From Oscillospiraceae bacterium (GTDB lineage: Bacteria > Bacillota > Clostridia > Oscillospirales > UBA929), in the NCBI GenBank assembly GCA_009777255.1, contig WRMG01000004.1, positions 1-57,250 of the forward strand: DNA of 57,250 nucleotides, read 5' to 3'. The position numbers and the translations under genes were made by a program. This document shows positions 19,468 to 27,935 of this stretch, piece by piece. Within the stretch, counting starts at the first letter, position 1, and the number at the start of each line of letters is the position of its first letter. The notes under the pieces were generated by a model. It saw only the letters and a program-made list of their open reading frames with translations. It was not told the origin of the DNA and did not search any database.

Positions 19468-20091
19468 TTATTCGTTCTGGATGGGGAGGATTTCGGACGC
19501 CGACACCTCGAACGCGGTTTTTGTCGCGCCCGCGCCGTTTTCGAGCTTTGTGTACTCGCGGCTCTGAAGCCGGCCCTTTACCGCGACGCGGTCGCCGGTT
19601 TTCAGCTCGGCGCAGCCGCGGGCGTGGGTGCCCCACGCTATGCACGGCAGGTAGTCCGAGCGGCCGTGATAGCGCGATACCGCGATGAGCAGGTCGCAGA
19701 TTTCGCGGCCCAGCGGGGTTTTGCGGTATATGGGGTTTTTGCAGAGCGTTCCGGTCAGCTTCAGCGCGTTTATGTGGGGTTCGGCGGCGTCCGCCGTGAG
19801 AATCTCGCGCGCGAGGACGTATAGGACGAGCTTGCTGCCGACGCCGCTTTTGTTGTTAAATGACCGCAGGTGTCCGGCGACGCTGAGGGGTGAGCCGTCG
19901 AGGTCCGGTTCGAGCGCGGCGGTCAGCGCTTGCTGAGCCTGTATGTTTATTGTGTCCTCGGCGCCGGACAGGCGTTTTACGCCGAGCGCCAGCCGGTAAA
20001 ATTTTACGCCGTGGGATTCGTGGGAAAATACGGGGGGTCCGGTTGGGATCCCCGTCAGCTTTATCATATTGTCGTCCATCGTATACTCCAC
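19468..20091 (-). CDS. ssb: Single-stranded DNA-binding protein, tandem-OB clostridial paralogue
   Basis: FSHESHGVKFY, RLSGAED, RKTPLGREICDL, SDYLPCIAWG, GRLQSREY; start may be ATG 20079. Confidence 0.88.
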   Translation of the reverse strand: MEYTMDDNMIKLTGIPTGPPVFSHESHGVKFYRLALGVKRLSGAEDTINIQAQQALTAALEPDLDGSPLSVAGHLRSFNNKSGVGSKLVLYVLAREILTADAAEPHINALKLTGTLCKNPIYRKTPLGREICDLLIAVSRYHGRSDYLPCIAWGTHARGCAELKTGDRVAVKGRLQSREYTKLENGAGATKTAFEVSASEILPIQNE

Positions 20092-20141
20092 CTCATTTGT
20101 TGACTTGATGAAGTATATTAACTAAGCCTTCGGGTTAGAAC

Positions 20142-20634
20142 AGTTACAAGTTAATAGTTACGAGTTACAAGAGGACGGGGGAGCGGTAGTTACAAGTTAC
20201 AAGATACAAGTTACAAGAGGATGACGGGGTACGGGGGACGGGATAAAGTTTGGGGGAAAACACCCGCCGACTGCGGTCGGCCACGGGACGCCGAGGGCGT
20301 CGTCCCCTACAGCCGAACCAGTTGCAAGTTACTAGTTACTAGTTACAAGATACAAGATACAAGTTACAAGTTACAAGAGGATGACGGGGTACGGGGGACG
20401 GGATAAAGTTCGGGGAAAAACACCCGCCGACTGCGGTCGGTCACGGGACGCCGAGGGCGTCGTCCCCTACAGCCGAACCAGTTGCAAGTTACTAGTTACT
20501 AGTTAATAGTTACAAGTTACAAGAGGACGGGGGACGGGGAGTTATAAGTTATAAGTTATAAGTTATAAGTTATAAGTTATAAGAGGATGGGGGCTTCGTT
20601 TCTTCTTGTAACTTGTAACTATTAACTAGTAACT
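20142..20634. repeat. Composite repeat array: heptamer tandems, G-rich spacers and a 160-bp-period duplication carrying two palindrome types
   Basis: AGTTACA/AGTTACT/AGTTATA/AGATACA units; 20209-20345 repeated at 20369-20505; 6x AGTTATA at 20540-20581; inverted heptamers at 20607-20634. Confidence 0.95.
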
Positions 20635-21066
20635 ATCAGCTCGTTGACAGACGAGCATGGCTGTCGCGCCGGCTAGGGTTGAGTTTGAGAGCTGCGCGTC
20701 GGGGATGATCAGCTCCTGCTGCTCGATACGGCGGCCGTCGAGGCTGATTATCTCGCGCTGGAGGGCGAGGAAGAGCCTGTTTTCGTCGATGCTGGAGAGC
20801 GTTACGGTGTTTTTGCCGGACAGGCCGTAGGTGACGACGCGGCCCGCTTGCAGATAGCGGCAGTCGAGCTTTTTGTCGCCCGGCAGGACCGCTATGCGGC
20901 AGCGGCAGGGGTTAAGCGCGTCGGGCAGCGGGCCGTCGGAGACGCAGATGTCACATTCGGGAGGGCGCGGCATGTAGCCGCCCTCGGGGAAAAAGCGCAG
21001 AAGCGATTGCGTGAGCAGGCCCTTTGTCCCTTGCCAGACGCCGATTGTAATCAATGTAAAAACCAC
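20626..21066 (-). CDS. Conserved clostridial hypothetical protein
   Basis: VVTYGLSGKNTVTLSSI...ALQREIISLDGRRIEQQE; GGAG RBS. Confidence 0.7.
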   Translation of the reverse strand: MVFTLITIGVWQGTKGLLTQSLLRFFPEGGYMPRPPECDICVSDGPLPDALNPCRCRIAVLPGDKKLDCRYLQAGRVVTYGLSGKNTVTLSSIDENRLFLALQREIISLDGRRIEQQELIIPDAQLSNSTLAGATAMLVCQRADSY

Positions 21067-21254
21067 CCTCTCCGTAAAATAAAAAAGCCAGACGAAATTT
21101 ATCGCCGGCTTTTAGTTTTGCGGAATCGCGGGGATTTATACATGGGAAAGGTTTATTATAAGTTATAGGATGGGTGTTGTTAAGGGTTGATGTCCGATGT
21201 TGATTAATGTAGAAAATGCTTATTAGCTTCATATTAGGCGTTACGACATCCAAC

Positions 21255-21332
21255 TACGCAAACGTTGGTTGAAATTCGCGGGCGATTAGAAATCGCCCCT
21301 ACAGTCCGTTCCGCACGCAAATATAAATTTTC
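21255..21332. repeat. 78-bp dispersed repeat containing a GTAG-type REP hairpin (copy 1)
   Basis: Identical to 47716-47793 except for one base; contains GGGCGATT-AGA-AATCGCCCCTAC. Confidence 0.9.
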
Positions 21333-21350
21333 TGTGGCGACGGGTTGGCG

Positions 21351-22607
21351 CTATTTGTTTCCTTTTATTTCGTCCCAGTATTTTTTTGCGGTCTGTTCGA
21401 CTTTGTTTGCGCCGAATTTGTAGTATTTGACATTTTTCAGCGCGTCGGGCAGATATTGCTGGCTGACGTAATTGTTCTCGAAGCTGTGCGCGTATTTGTA
21501 GCCCTCGCCGTGCCCGAGCTTTTCGGCGCCCTTATAGGCGCTGCTCCGCAGGTGCGACGGGACCTCGCCGCCTTTGCCAGCGTGGATGTCCGCCAGCGCG
21601 GCGCCGACCGCGCCCGACGCGGTGTTGGACTTAGGCGCGGTGGCGACGAGTATCACCGCCTGGGACAGCGGCATCATCGCCTCGGGCATACCGAGCTGGA
21701 CGGCGGCGTCAACGCACGCCTTGACGATTGTCACGCATTGGGGGTACGCAAGCCCCACGTCCTCGCTGACCGTGACCAGCAGGCGGCGGCACGCGGAAGC
21801 TATATCGCCGCCGGCCAGCAGCCGCGCCAGATAGTGGATGGCGGCGTCGGGGTCGGAGCCGCGCATGGATTTCTGGAACGCCGACATCACGTCGTAGTGG
21901 CTGTCGCCGTCGCGGTCGAAGCGCATGGCGGAGCGCTGGGTCACCTGCTTTGCGTCCTCCAGCGTAAACACCGCTATGCCGTCCTCGCGGGCGGCGGCGG
22001 CCTCCAGCAGCTCCAGCGCGGTCAGCGCTTTGCGGACGTCGCCGCCGCAGGATACGGCGATATGCTCCAGCACCTCGGGCGGGCAGTCAACCTCCGCGTC
22101 CAGCAGTGTGACGGCGCGCTTCAGCGCGATGATGACGTCCTTCGGCTCCAGCGGCTTGAACTCGAACACCGTCGCGCGGGAGAGGATGGCGTTGTATATG
22201 GCGAAGTAGGGGTTTTCGGTCGTCGAGGCGATGAGCGTTATCTTGCCGTTTTCCATGTACTCGAGCAGGGATTGCTGCTGTTTTTTGTTGAAATACTGGA
22301 TCTCGTCGAGATAGAGCAGGACGCCGTTGGGGGCGAGCATGGTGTCGAGGCTCTCTATTATCTCCTTGACGTCGGAGAGGCCGGAGGTTGTGGCGTTGAG
22401 CTTGCACAGCCTGCGGCCCGTTTCGCGCGCGAGAATGGATGACACCGTGGATTTGCCGGTGCCGGAGGGGCCGTAGAATATCAGGTTGGGCAAGAGCCCC
22501 GACTGAACGATGCGCCGCAGGACGCCCGTTTTGCCCAGGATATGCTCCTGACCGACGACGTCGTCAAGAGTTGAGGGGCGCAGTCTTTCGGCCAGCGGCT
22601 CACGCAT
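21351..22607 (-). CDS. rarA: Replication-associated recombination protein A (MgsA/RarA)
   Basis: [54 protein letters not shown]. Confidence 0.95.
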   Translation of the reverse strand: MREPLAERLRPSTLDDVVGQEHILGKTGVLRRIVQSGLLPNLIFYGPSGTGKSTVSSILARETGRRLCKLNATTSGLSDVKEIIESLDTMLAPNGVLLYLDEIQYFNKKQQQSLLEYMENGKITLIASTTENPYFAIYNAILSRATVFEFKPLEPKDVIIALKRAVTLLDAEVDCPPEVLEHIAVSCGGDVRKALTALELLEAAAAREDGIAVFTLEDAKQVTQRSAMRFDRDGDSHYDVMSAFQKSMRGSDPDAAIHYLARLLAGGDIASACRRLLVTVSEDVGLAYPQCVTIVKACVDAAVQLGMPEAMMPLSQAVILVATAPKSNTASGAVGAALADIHAGKGGEVPSHLRSSAYKGAEKLGHGEGYKYAHSFENNYVSQQYLPDALKNVKYYKFGANKVEQTAKKYWDEIKGNK

Positions 22608-23844
22608 ACAGGGGGTACTTTTCGCACAGGGCCGCGACGCGCGCGCGTATATTCGCGCTTTGGCCGGCAAAGTCAGTGACCGCGAGGTAGATAAGCTCGG
22701 CGATCTCGGCCATGTCGGCTTCGGTGAGGCCGCGGGTGGTGACGGCGGGGGTGCCTATTCTGACGCCGCCGGTGATAAAGGGGCTGTATGTATCGCCGGG
22801 GAACGCGTTTTTGTTCAGCGTTATGCCGACGCTGTCGAGGTTTATCTGCAGGTCCTTGCCGGTTACGCTGAAGCTGCGCAGATCGACCAGCATGAGGTGG
22901 TTGTCGGTGCCGCCGGAGATGAGGTTGAAGCCCTTGGCGGTGAGCGCCGCGCTGAGCGCCTTGGCGTTTGCCAGCACGCGCTTTTGGTATTCGGCGAACT
23001 CGGGCTTCATCGCCTCGCCGAACGCCACGGCCTTTGCCGCGATGACGTGCATAAGCGGGCCGCCCTGTGTGCCCGGGAACACGGCTTTGTCTATGTCCTT
23101 CGCGTATGCGGATTTGCAGAGAATCAGGCCGCCGCGCGGACCGCGCAGCGTTTTGTGCGTGGTGGCCGTTACGACGTCGGCGTACTCCACGGGGTTGGGG
23201 TGCAGGCCGGCCGCGACAAGGCCCGCGAAATGCGCCATATCGACGAACAGCAGGGCGCCGGATTCCTTGGCGATCTCGGCGAAAGCCTTGAAGTCGATTA
23301 TGCGCGGGTAGGCCGAATAGCCCGCCAGTATCATGCGGGGCTTATGCCCGAGCGCCAGCCTGCGCACGTCGGCCATGTCTATGCGCTGGGTTTTTTCGTC
23401 CACGCCGTAGGGCACGATGTTGTAATATTTGCCGGAGATGTTGACGGGGCTGCCGTGCGAGAGGTGGCCGCCGTGCGAGAGGTTCATCGCCAGTATTGTA
23501 TCTCCGGGCTTGCAGAACGCGTAGTAAACGGCGTTGTTCGCGTTCGCGCCGCTGTGGGGCTGGACGTTGGCGTGTTCGGCGCCGAACAGCGCGCAGGCGC
23601 GTTCGCGGGCGGCGTCCTCCGCCTCGTCCACATATTCGCAGCCGCCGTAGTAGCGTTTGCCGGGCAGGCCCTCGGCGTATTTATTAGTCAGCACGGAGCC
23701 CATCGCCGCCATGACCGCGGGCGACGTAAAGTTTTCGGAGGCTATAAGCTCGAGCGAGCCGCGCTGGCGCTCGAACTCCCGCCTGATCATTTTGCCGACC
23801 TCGGGGTCGGCGGACATTATTAAGTCCATTATTTCACGCTGCAT
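22600..23844 (-). CDS. glyA: Serine hydroxymethyltransferase
   Basis: [42 protein letters not shown]. Confidence 0.98.
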   Translation of the reverse strand: MQREIMDLIMSADPEVGKMIRREFERQRGSLELIASENFTSPAVMAAMGSVLTNKYAEGLPGKRYYGGCEYVDEAEDAARERACALFGAEHANVQPHSGANANNAVYYAFCKPGDTILAMNLSHGGHLSHGSPVNISGKYYNIVPYGVDEKTQRIDMADVRRLALGHKPRMILAGYSAYPRIIDFKAFAEIAKESGALLFVDMAHFAGLVAAGLHPNPVEYADVVTATTHKTLRGPRGGLILCKSAYAKDIDKAVFPGTQGGPLMHVIAAKAVAFGEAMKPEFAEYQKRVLANAKALSAALTAKGFNLISGGTDNHLMLVDLRSFSVTGKDLQINLDSVGITLNKNAFPGDTYSPFITGGVRIGTPAVTTRGLTEADMAEIAELIYLAVTDFAGQSANIRARVAALCEKYPLYA

Positions 23845-25570
23845 TCAATTCCCTCTTTCCGTGTTCTGTTTCCATTGTCCGGCCCATTATGTCGTACAGC
23901 AGGCCGAAGCGGTCTACTATATCATTATAAACCTTTTTGTCGAGGAAATCAATACCGAGATCCAAAAAGGCGCCGTAGGCGGGCTTTGAGCCGCCCAGCG
24001 ACAGGAAGCTGAGATATTCCCGCGTTTTGCCGTTCAGGATGTTTTCGGCGAGGGTTTCGGCGGCGGCCGCGCTGAACGCGTAGTTCGCCACGTAAAAGTC
24101 GCGGTAAAGATGCGGCACCGCCGACCATGAGCCGCGCGCGTCGTCGGGGATGTCGGCATGGCCGCCGCGGAACGGCTCGCTTATAGAGAACCATAGCTCG
24201 TCGGCCTTGTCCGCGGTCAGCGCGCCGCCGTTTTGGATGTGGCTGTAGACGGCGCGCTCGAAGGCGAACAGCCGCGTCTGGTTGTAAAATGTGGAGCTTA
24301 TCAGCTCGGCGTAGACGGACGCGGCGGAGTGCAGCTCGGAGAAATCGCTGGCCTCCTTCAGCATATATTTGGCGAGGAGGATTTCGTTGGTGATCGCGGC
24401 GGTTTCGGCCGCCGTCAGCGAGGGGTCGCGGTGGCGCGGCTCCTGACCGGCGGAGAGGATGAAATGCACGGCGTGGCCCAGCTCGTGCGCCAGCGTGCTT
24501 ACGCTGTTAAACGAGCCGTCGAAGTTCATGTGGATATACGGGTCGATGCCGCTTCCGGGCGACACGCAGAACGCGCCGGACTGCTTGCCGGGCTTGGGGT
24601 GGACGTTTACGTGGCCGGAGTATAGAACGCGCTCGGCGGCGGAGATGTATTCGCGGCCCAGAGGCTTTAGCGCGGACAGCACCAGTTCGCGCGCCCCGTC
24701 ATAGCTGTAGCGGCCCTCCTCGGAGCCGGCGGCGGGCTCGACGTCGTATGGGGCGTAGCGCTCCACTCCCAGCCGCGCGGCCTGAAGCTCGCCGCCGCGA
24801 CGGTATATACTCAGAGTATTATATACGGCTTTTATTAATATATCGCCCGTGAGCGGCGGCATTTGATAACGGAGAGTAAATATCTGGTTCTCGTAGGTTG
24901 AGCGGGGGTCGCTGAGGCGGGCCTGACGCAGGCGTCCGCCCACATGGGCGTCCATCGCCGCCGAGAGCGTGTTGCGGTGTGTTCTGAGCGTGGAATAATA
25001 CGCCTCGTATACGGCCTTGCGGTAATCTCTGTCGGTGCCGGTCAGGGCGCGGGCAAGCTCGGAATAGTCGGCGCTTGACGGCGTGCCGTCGGGGCGGGTG
25101 ACGGGCTTTGCGTTGAAGTCGGCGTTGAGGACGATCGAGGCTATTTCCTGCGGGAATCTGAGCGCCGGCGCAAGCTCGCGCATGGCGCCGCCGTCGGGAA
25201 GCTCCACGCCCTTCAGTGCGGCCAGCTCCGTTCTAAGCGGCATAAGGGCGCGATCGACATATTCGGCGGCGGCGCGCATGGCGCTGAGTTGTTCGCTTGC
25301 GCGGCTGTCGAGCGTGTTGTCCGCGTAGGAGAGGTAGCTGTAGGCGTACAGCTTGTCCAGCTCGGCGTTGCAGCTTTCGAAGAGGTCCGCCGCGCTTTGC
25401 AGCACGGCGGGGTCGCCGAGTCTGCCGGCGTATGCGGCGGCCTGTTTTTCCAAGCCGTCGAAGCGCAGGGCGGACTCGAAATCCGCAGGGGTTGCGTAGA
25501 TGTCGGTGAGGGAGAAGGCGGCCGTCGCGGTGACGGCGGTGATAAACAGCGCGCAGATAAAAATTTTCAT
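23834..25570 (-). CDS. pepF: M3B oligoendopeptidase F family, with a putative signal peptide
   Basis: [36 protein letters not shown]; ATG 25570 after GGAGG. Confidence 0.85.
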   Translation of the reverse strand: MKIFICALFITAVTATAAFSLTDIYATPADFESALRFDGLEKQAAAYAGRLGDPAVLQSAADLFESCNAELDKLYAYSYLSYADNTLDSRASEQLSAMRAAAEYVDRALMPLRTELAALKGVELPDGGAMRELAPALRFPQEIASIVLNADFNAKPVTRPDGTPSSADYSELARALTGTDRDYRKAVYEAYYSTLRTHRNTLSAAMDAHVGGRLRQARLSDPRSTYENQIFTLRYQMPPLTGDILIKAVYNTLSIYRRGGELQAARLGVERYAPYDVEPAAGSEEGRYSYDGARELVLSALKPLGREYISAAERVLYSGHVNVHPKPGKQSGAFCVSPGSGIDPYIHMNFDGSFNSVSTLAHELGHAVHFILSAGQEPRHRDPSLTAAETAAITNEILLAKYMLKEASDFSELHSAASVYAELISSTFYNQTRLFAFERAVYSHIQNGGALTADKADELWFSISEPFRGGHADIPDDARGSWSAVPHLYRDFYVANYAFSAAAAETLAENILNGKTREYLSFLSLGGSKPAYGAFLDLGIDFLDKKVYNDIVDRFGLLYDIMGRTMETEHGKRELNAA

Positions 25571-25629
25571 ATAGCCTCCGTTTGTTATATTATGGTTGTT
25601 GGCGCCGGACGACCGGAGCGGTGGGGGGG

Positions 25630-25656
25630 CGGCGCGATGAGGACATCGCGCCCTAC
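25630..25656 (-). repeat. GTAG-type REP hairpin
   Basis: CGGCGCGATG-AGGA-CATCGCGCCCTAC; identical copy at about 41235-41261. Confidence 0.8.
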
Positions 25657-25674
25657 GGGGGTGTTCCTGCGGGG

Positions 25675-25860
25675 CTGACGCATGAAAAAATAAAACGGCC
25701 TCGCGGGGATAAAACACCCGGCCCTGCGGGGCCACCCTCTTTACAAAAGAGGGCAAAGATAGGCTTTTGCGCATCCAAATCCCTGCCCTCTTTCGGAAAA
25801 GAGGGTGCCGACCGCAGTCGGCGGGTGTTTTTCCTTGAGATTTATCTTTTCATGTGTCAG
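25675..25860. mobile_element. MITE/REPIN-like element made of two inverted copies of the DUF559-associated repeat
   Basis: Ends CTGACGCATGAAAA / TTTTCATGTGTCAG; internal inverted AAAACACCCG-hairpin-ACCCTC..GAGGGCA units; 18-bp flanking direct repeat with one mismatch. Confidence 0.65.
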
Positions 25861-25928
25861 TCGTGGGGGCGTTCCTGCGGGGGATTGCGCGGCGGCGGCA
25901 CGACGTGATATAATATCAATATAGAGAG

Positions 25929-26558
25929 GTGTTTCAGGTGATAGAGGATATTATTAACAAACTTGCGGAGCTTTATCCCCGCGCGAGCTGCGCGCTGGAT
26001 TTCGACGCGGGCTATAAGCTGCTGTTTGCCACGCGGCTTGCCGCGCAGTGTACCGACGCGCGCGTTAACACGGTGACGCCCGTGCTGTTCGGGGAGTTTC
26101 CTACGCTGGAGGCGCTGGCGGCGGCCGGCATAGGGCGGCTGGAGGAGATTGTCCGTTCGTGCGGCTTTTACAGGCAGAAGGCGCATGACATCAAGGTGTG
26201 CGCGGAGCGGCTGATACTGGTACACGGCGGGCGCGTGCCGGATAACATGGACGAGCTGCTGAGGCTGCCGGGGGTGGGGCGCAAGACGGCGAATCTGATT
26301 CTCGGCGAGATATACGGCGCTCCGGCGATTATCGCCGACACGCATTGCATAAGGCTTTCGAACCGGCTGGGGCTGTGCGATACCAAGGACCCGTATAAGG
26401 TCGAGCTGGCGCTGAAGGCGGTTGTGCCGCCGGACAGGCAGGTCGGGTTCTGCCACGGGCTTGTGGCGCACGGGCGGGCCGTCTGCTTTGCCAGGAAGCC
26501 GAATTGCGAGGGGTGTGAGCTGGAGTGCCCGCAGAAATTGCTGTTGACTTTTGAGTAA
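25929..26558 (+). CDS. nth: Endonuclease III
   Basis: LAAQCTDARVN, HhH LPGVGRKTAN, DTH, C-terminal Cys cluster. Confidence 0.93.
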   Translation: MFQVIEDIINKLAELYPRASCALDFDAGYKLLFATRLAAQCTDARVNTVTPVLFGEFPTLEALAAAGIGRLEEIVRSCGFYRQKAHDIKVCAERLILVHGGRVPDNMDELLRLPGVGRKTANLILGEIYGAPAIIADTHCIRLSNRLGLCDTKDPYKVELALKAVVPPDRQVGFCHGLVAHGRAVCFARKPNCEGCELECPQKLLLTFE

Positions 26559-26618
26559 TAGTCATATATACTTATAATAGGAAAGTAAGAATTTGTGACT
26601 TTAAGAGAGGGAGTCTTT

Positions 26619-26879
26619 ATGCTGGCGGAATTAAGGCAGAAATCGCAGATCACCATTCCGAAGAAAATTGTTTCAAAATTGGGGCTGAGCGAGGGCGATA
26701 AGCTGGAAATAGCGGAAGATAACGGCGTTATTACTATAATGCCGGTAACGGTGTATCCTAAAAAATATCTTGACGAGCTGAGAGGTGAGATAGAGACGGC
26801 AAAATCGAAGATAGCTTCGGGGGAAAAGCCTGTTTTTAGTAATATTGACTTGCTGTTTGCCGAGCTGGAGGGGAATTGA
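26619..26879 (+). CDS. AbrB/MazE-type antitoxin
   Basis: KSQITIPKKIVSKLGLSEGDKLEI; overlaps the toxin start. Confidence 0.88.
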   Translation: MLAELRQKSQITIPKKIVSKLGLSEGDKLEIAEDNGVITIMPVTVYPKKYLDELRGEIETAKSKIASGEKPVFSNIDLLFAELEGN

Positions 26880-27145
26880 TGGCGTATCAGCTTACTTTTA
26901 CCGACCGGTTTCAAAAGCATTATAAGGCGTTGACCGATAATGAGAAAAAGCAAATAATGAAAAAACTCGGGTTGCTTGCCGAAAATCCCATGCACCCGTC
27001 ACTGCGGGCAAAACGGATTCAGGGAACGGCTGATCTTTTTGAGTGCAGTGTTAACATGAATATTCGCATTATTTGGTATTATGAAGGCGATAAAATTATT
27101 ATTCTTCTTGATGTGGGGCGCCACGATATACTGAAAAAGTATTGA
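26879..27145 (+). CDS. RelE/ParE-superfamily toxin
   Basis: FTDRFQKHYKAL, NPMHPSLRAKRIQG, IRII, LLDVGRHD. Confidence 0.85.
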   Translation: MAYQLTFTDRFQKHYKALTDNEKKQIMKKLGLLAENPMHPSLRAKRIQGTADLFECSVNMNIRIIWYYEGDKIIILLDVGRHDILKKY

Positions 27146-27219
27146 TTCGGCTTTGACGGAATGTGCTGTAAACATAAAAAGGCCGCCTCGGGCAATACTA
27201 GCCGCGAGGTGGTTTTTTT

Positions 27220-27864
27220 ATGCTCGCTATAATATATAAGACGTTTGTTATGTTCTCGCTGGTCGTGGTCGCCATGCGGCTGATGGGGAAGCGCCAGCTG
27301 GGGCAGCTTGAGACAAGCGAGCTGGTCGCAATGATAATGATGTCGGAGCTGGCCGCGCTGCCGATGACACAGGAGAGTATACCCCTGTATCATTCCATAG
27401 GCGCGATATTTGTTATACTGTTCATGGAGATAATTATGTCGGCGCTGGCGCTGAAGAGCGTTAAGCTGCGCGATCTGTTCGGCGGGAAGCCGAGCCTTAT
27501 TATTAATAACGGCATGATAATCAAGCAGGCGATGAAGCGCAACAGGCTGACCATTGACGAGCTGGTCGAGTCGCTGAGGCAGAAGGATATTACCGATATA
27601 AACAGTGTGAAGTTTGCCGTTTTGGAGCGCGGGGGGATGCTGTCGGTCGTGCAGCGGGAGGCGACGCTGCCTGTTATCATAATAAATGACGGGCGTGTCC
27701 TTAAAAACAACATAGCTTTTATGGGCGTTACCGAGGAGTATATCATGAATGAGCTGGCGAACAGGGGCATAAAGCGGGCGGAGGACGTCTTTCTGCTGAT
27801 GCTGGACGAACGGCATAGTTTTTATCTGTATACGCAACAGGACGTGACGACAGAGTACAGTTAA
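27220..27864 (+). CDS. DUF421 (YetF/YrbG-like) membrane protein
   Basis: MRLMGKRQLGQL, GKPSLIINNG, LRQKDI..I..VKFAVLE.GG.LSV. Confidence 0.9.
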   Translation: MLAIIYKTFVMFSLVVVAMRLMGKRQLGQLETSELVAMIMMSELAALPMTQESIPLYHSIGAIFVILFMEIIMSALALKSVKLRDLFGGKPSLIINNGMIIKQAMKRNRLTIDELVESLRQKDITDINSVKFAVLERGGMLSVVQREATLPVIIINDGRVLKNNIAFMGVTEEYIMNELANRGIKRAEDVFLLMLDERHSFYLYTQQDVTTEYS

Positions 27865-27935
27865 CAGTTAACAGTTAACAGATAACAACGGGGGGACGCG
27901 TACTTGATTGTTAATTGTTCATTGATCATTGTTAA
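27859..27935. repeat. Facing heptamer arrays between convergent genes
   Basis: (AGTTAAC)3 AGATAAC at 27859-27886, a G-run, then TTGTTAA TTGTTCA TTGATCA TTGTTAA at 27908-27935. Confidence 0.8.

Noticed and set aside
20142-20634. CRISPR array
   Set aside because: Units are 7-bp tandems and a duplicated block with near-identical intervening sequence. There are no unique spacers and no cas genes.
21345-23823. Long plus-strand ORFs (365 aa, 387 aa) opposite rarA and glyA
   Set aside because: Antisense shadows caused by high GC3 codon bias. The same applies to those opposite dnaE, yvcK, galK and coaX.
25571-25774. N-terminal extension of pepF and small ORFs in the repeat region
   Set aside because: They run through GC-rich palindromic repeats; the RBS supports ATG 25570.
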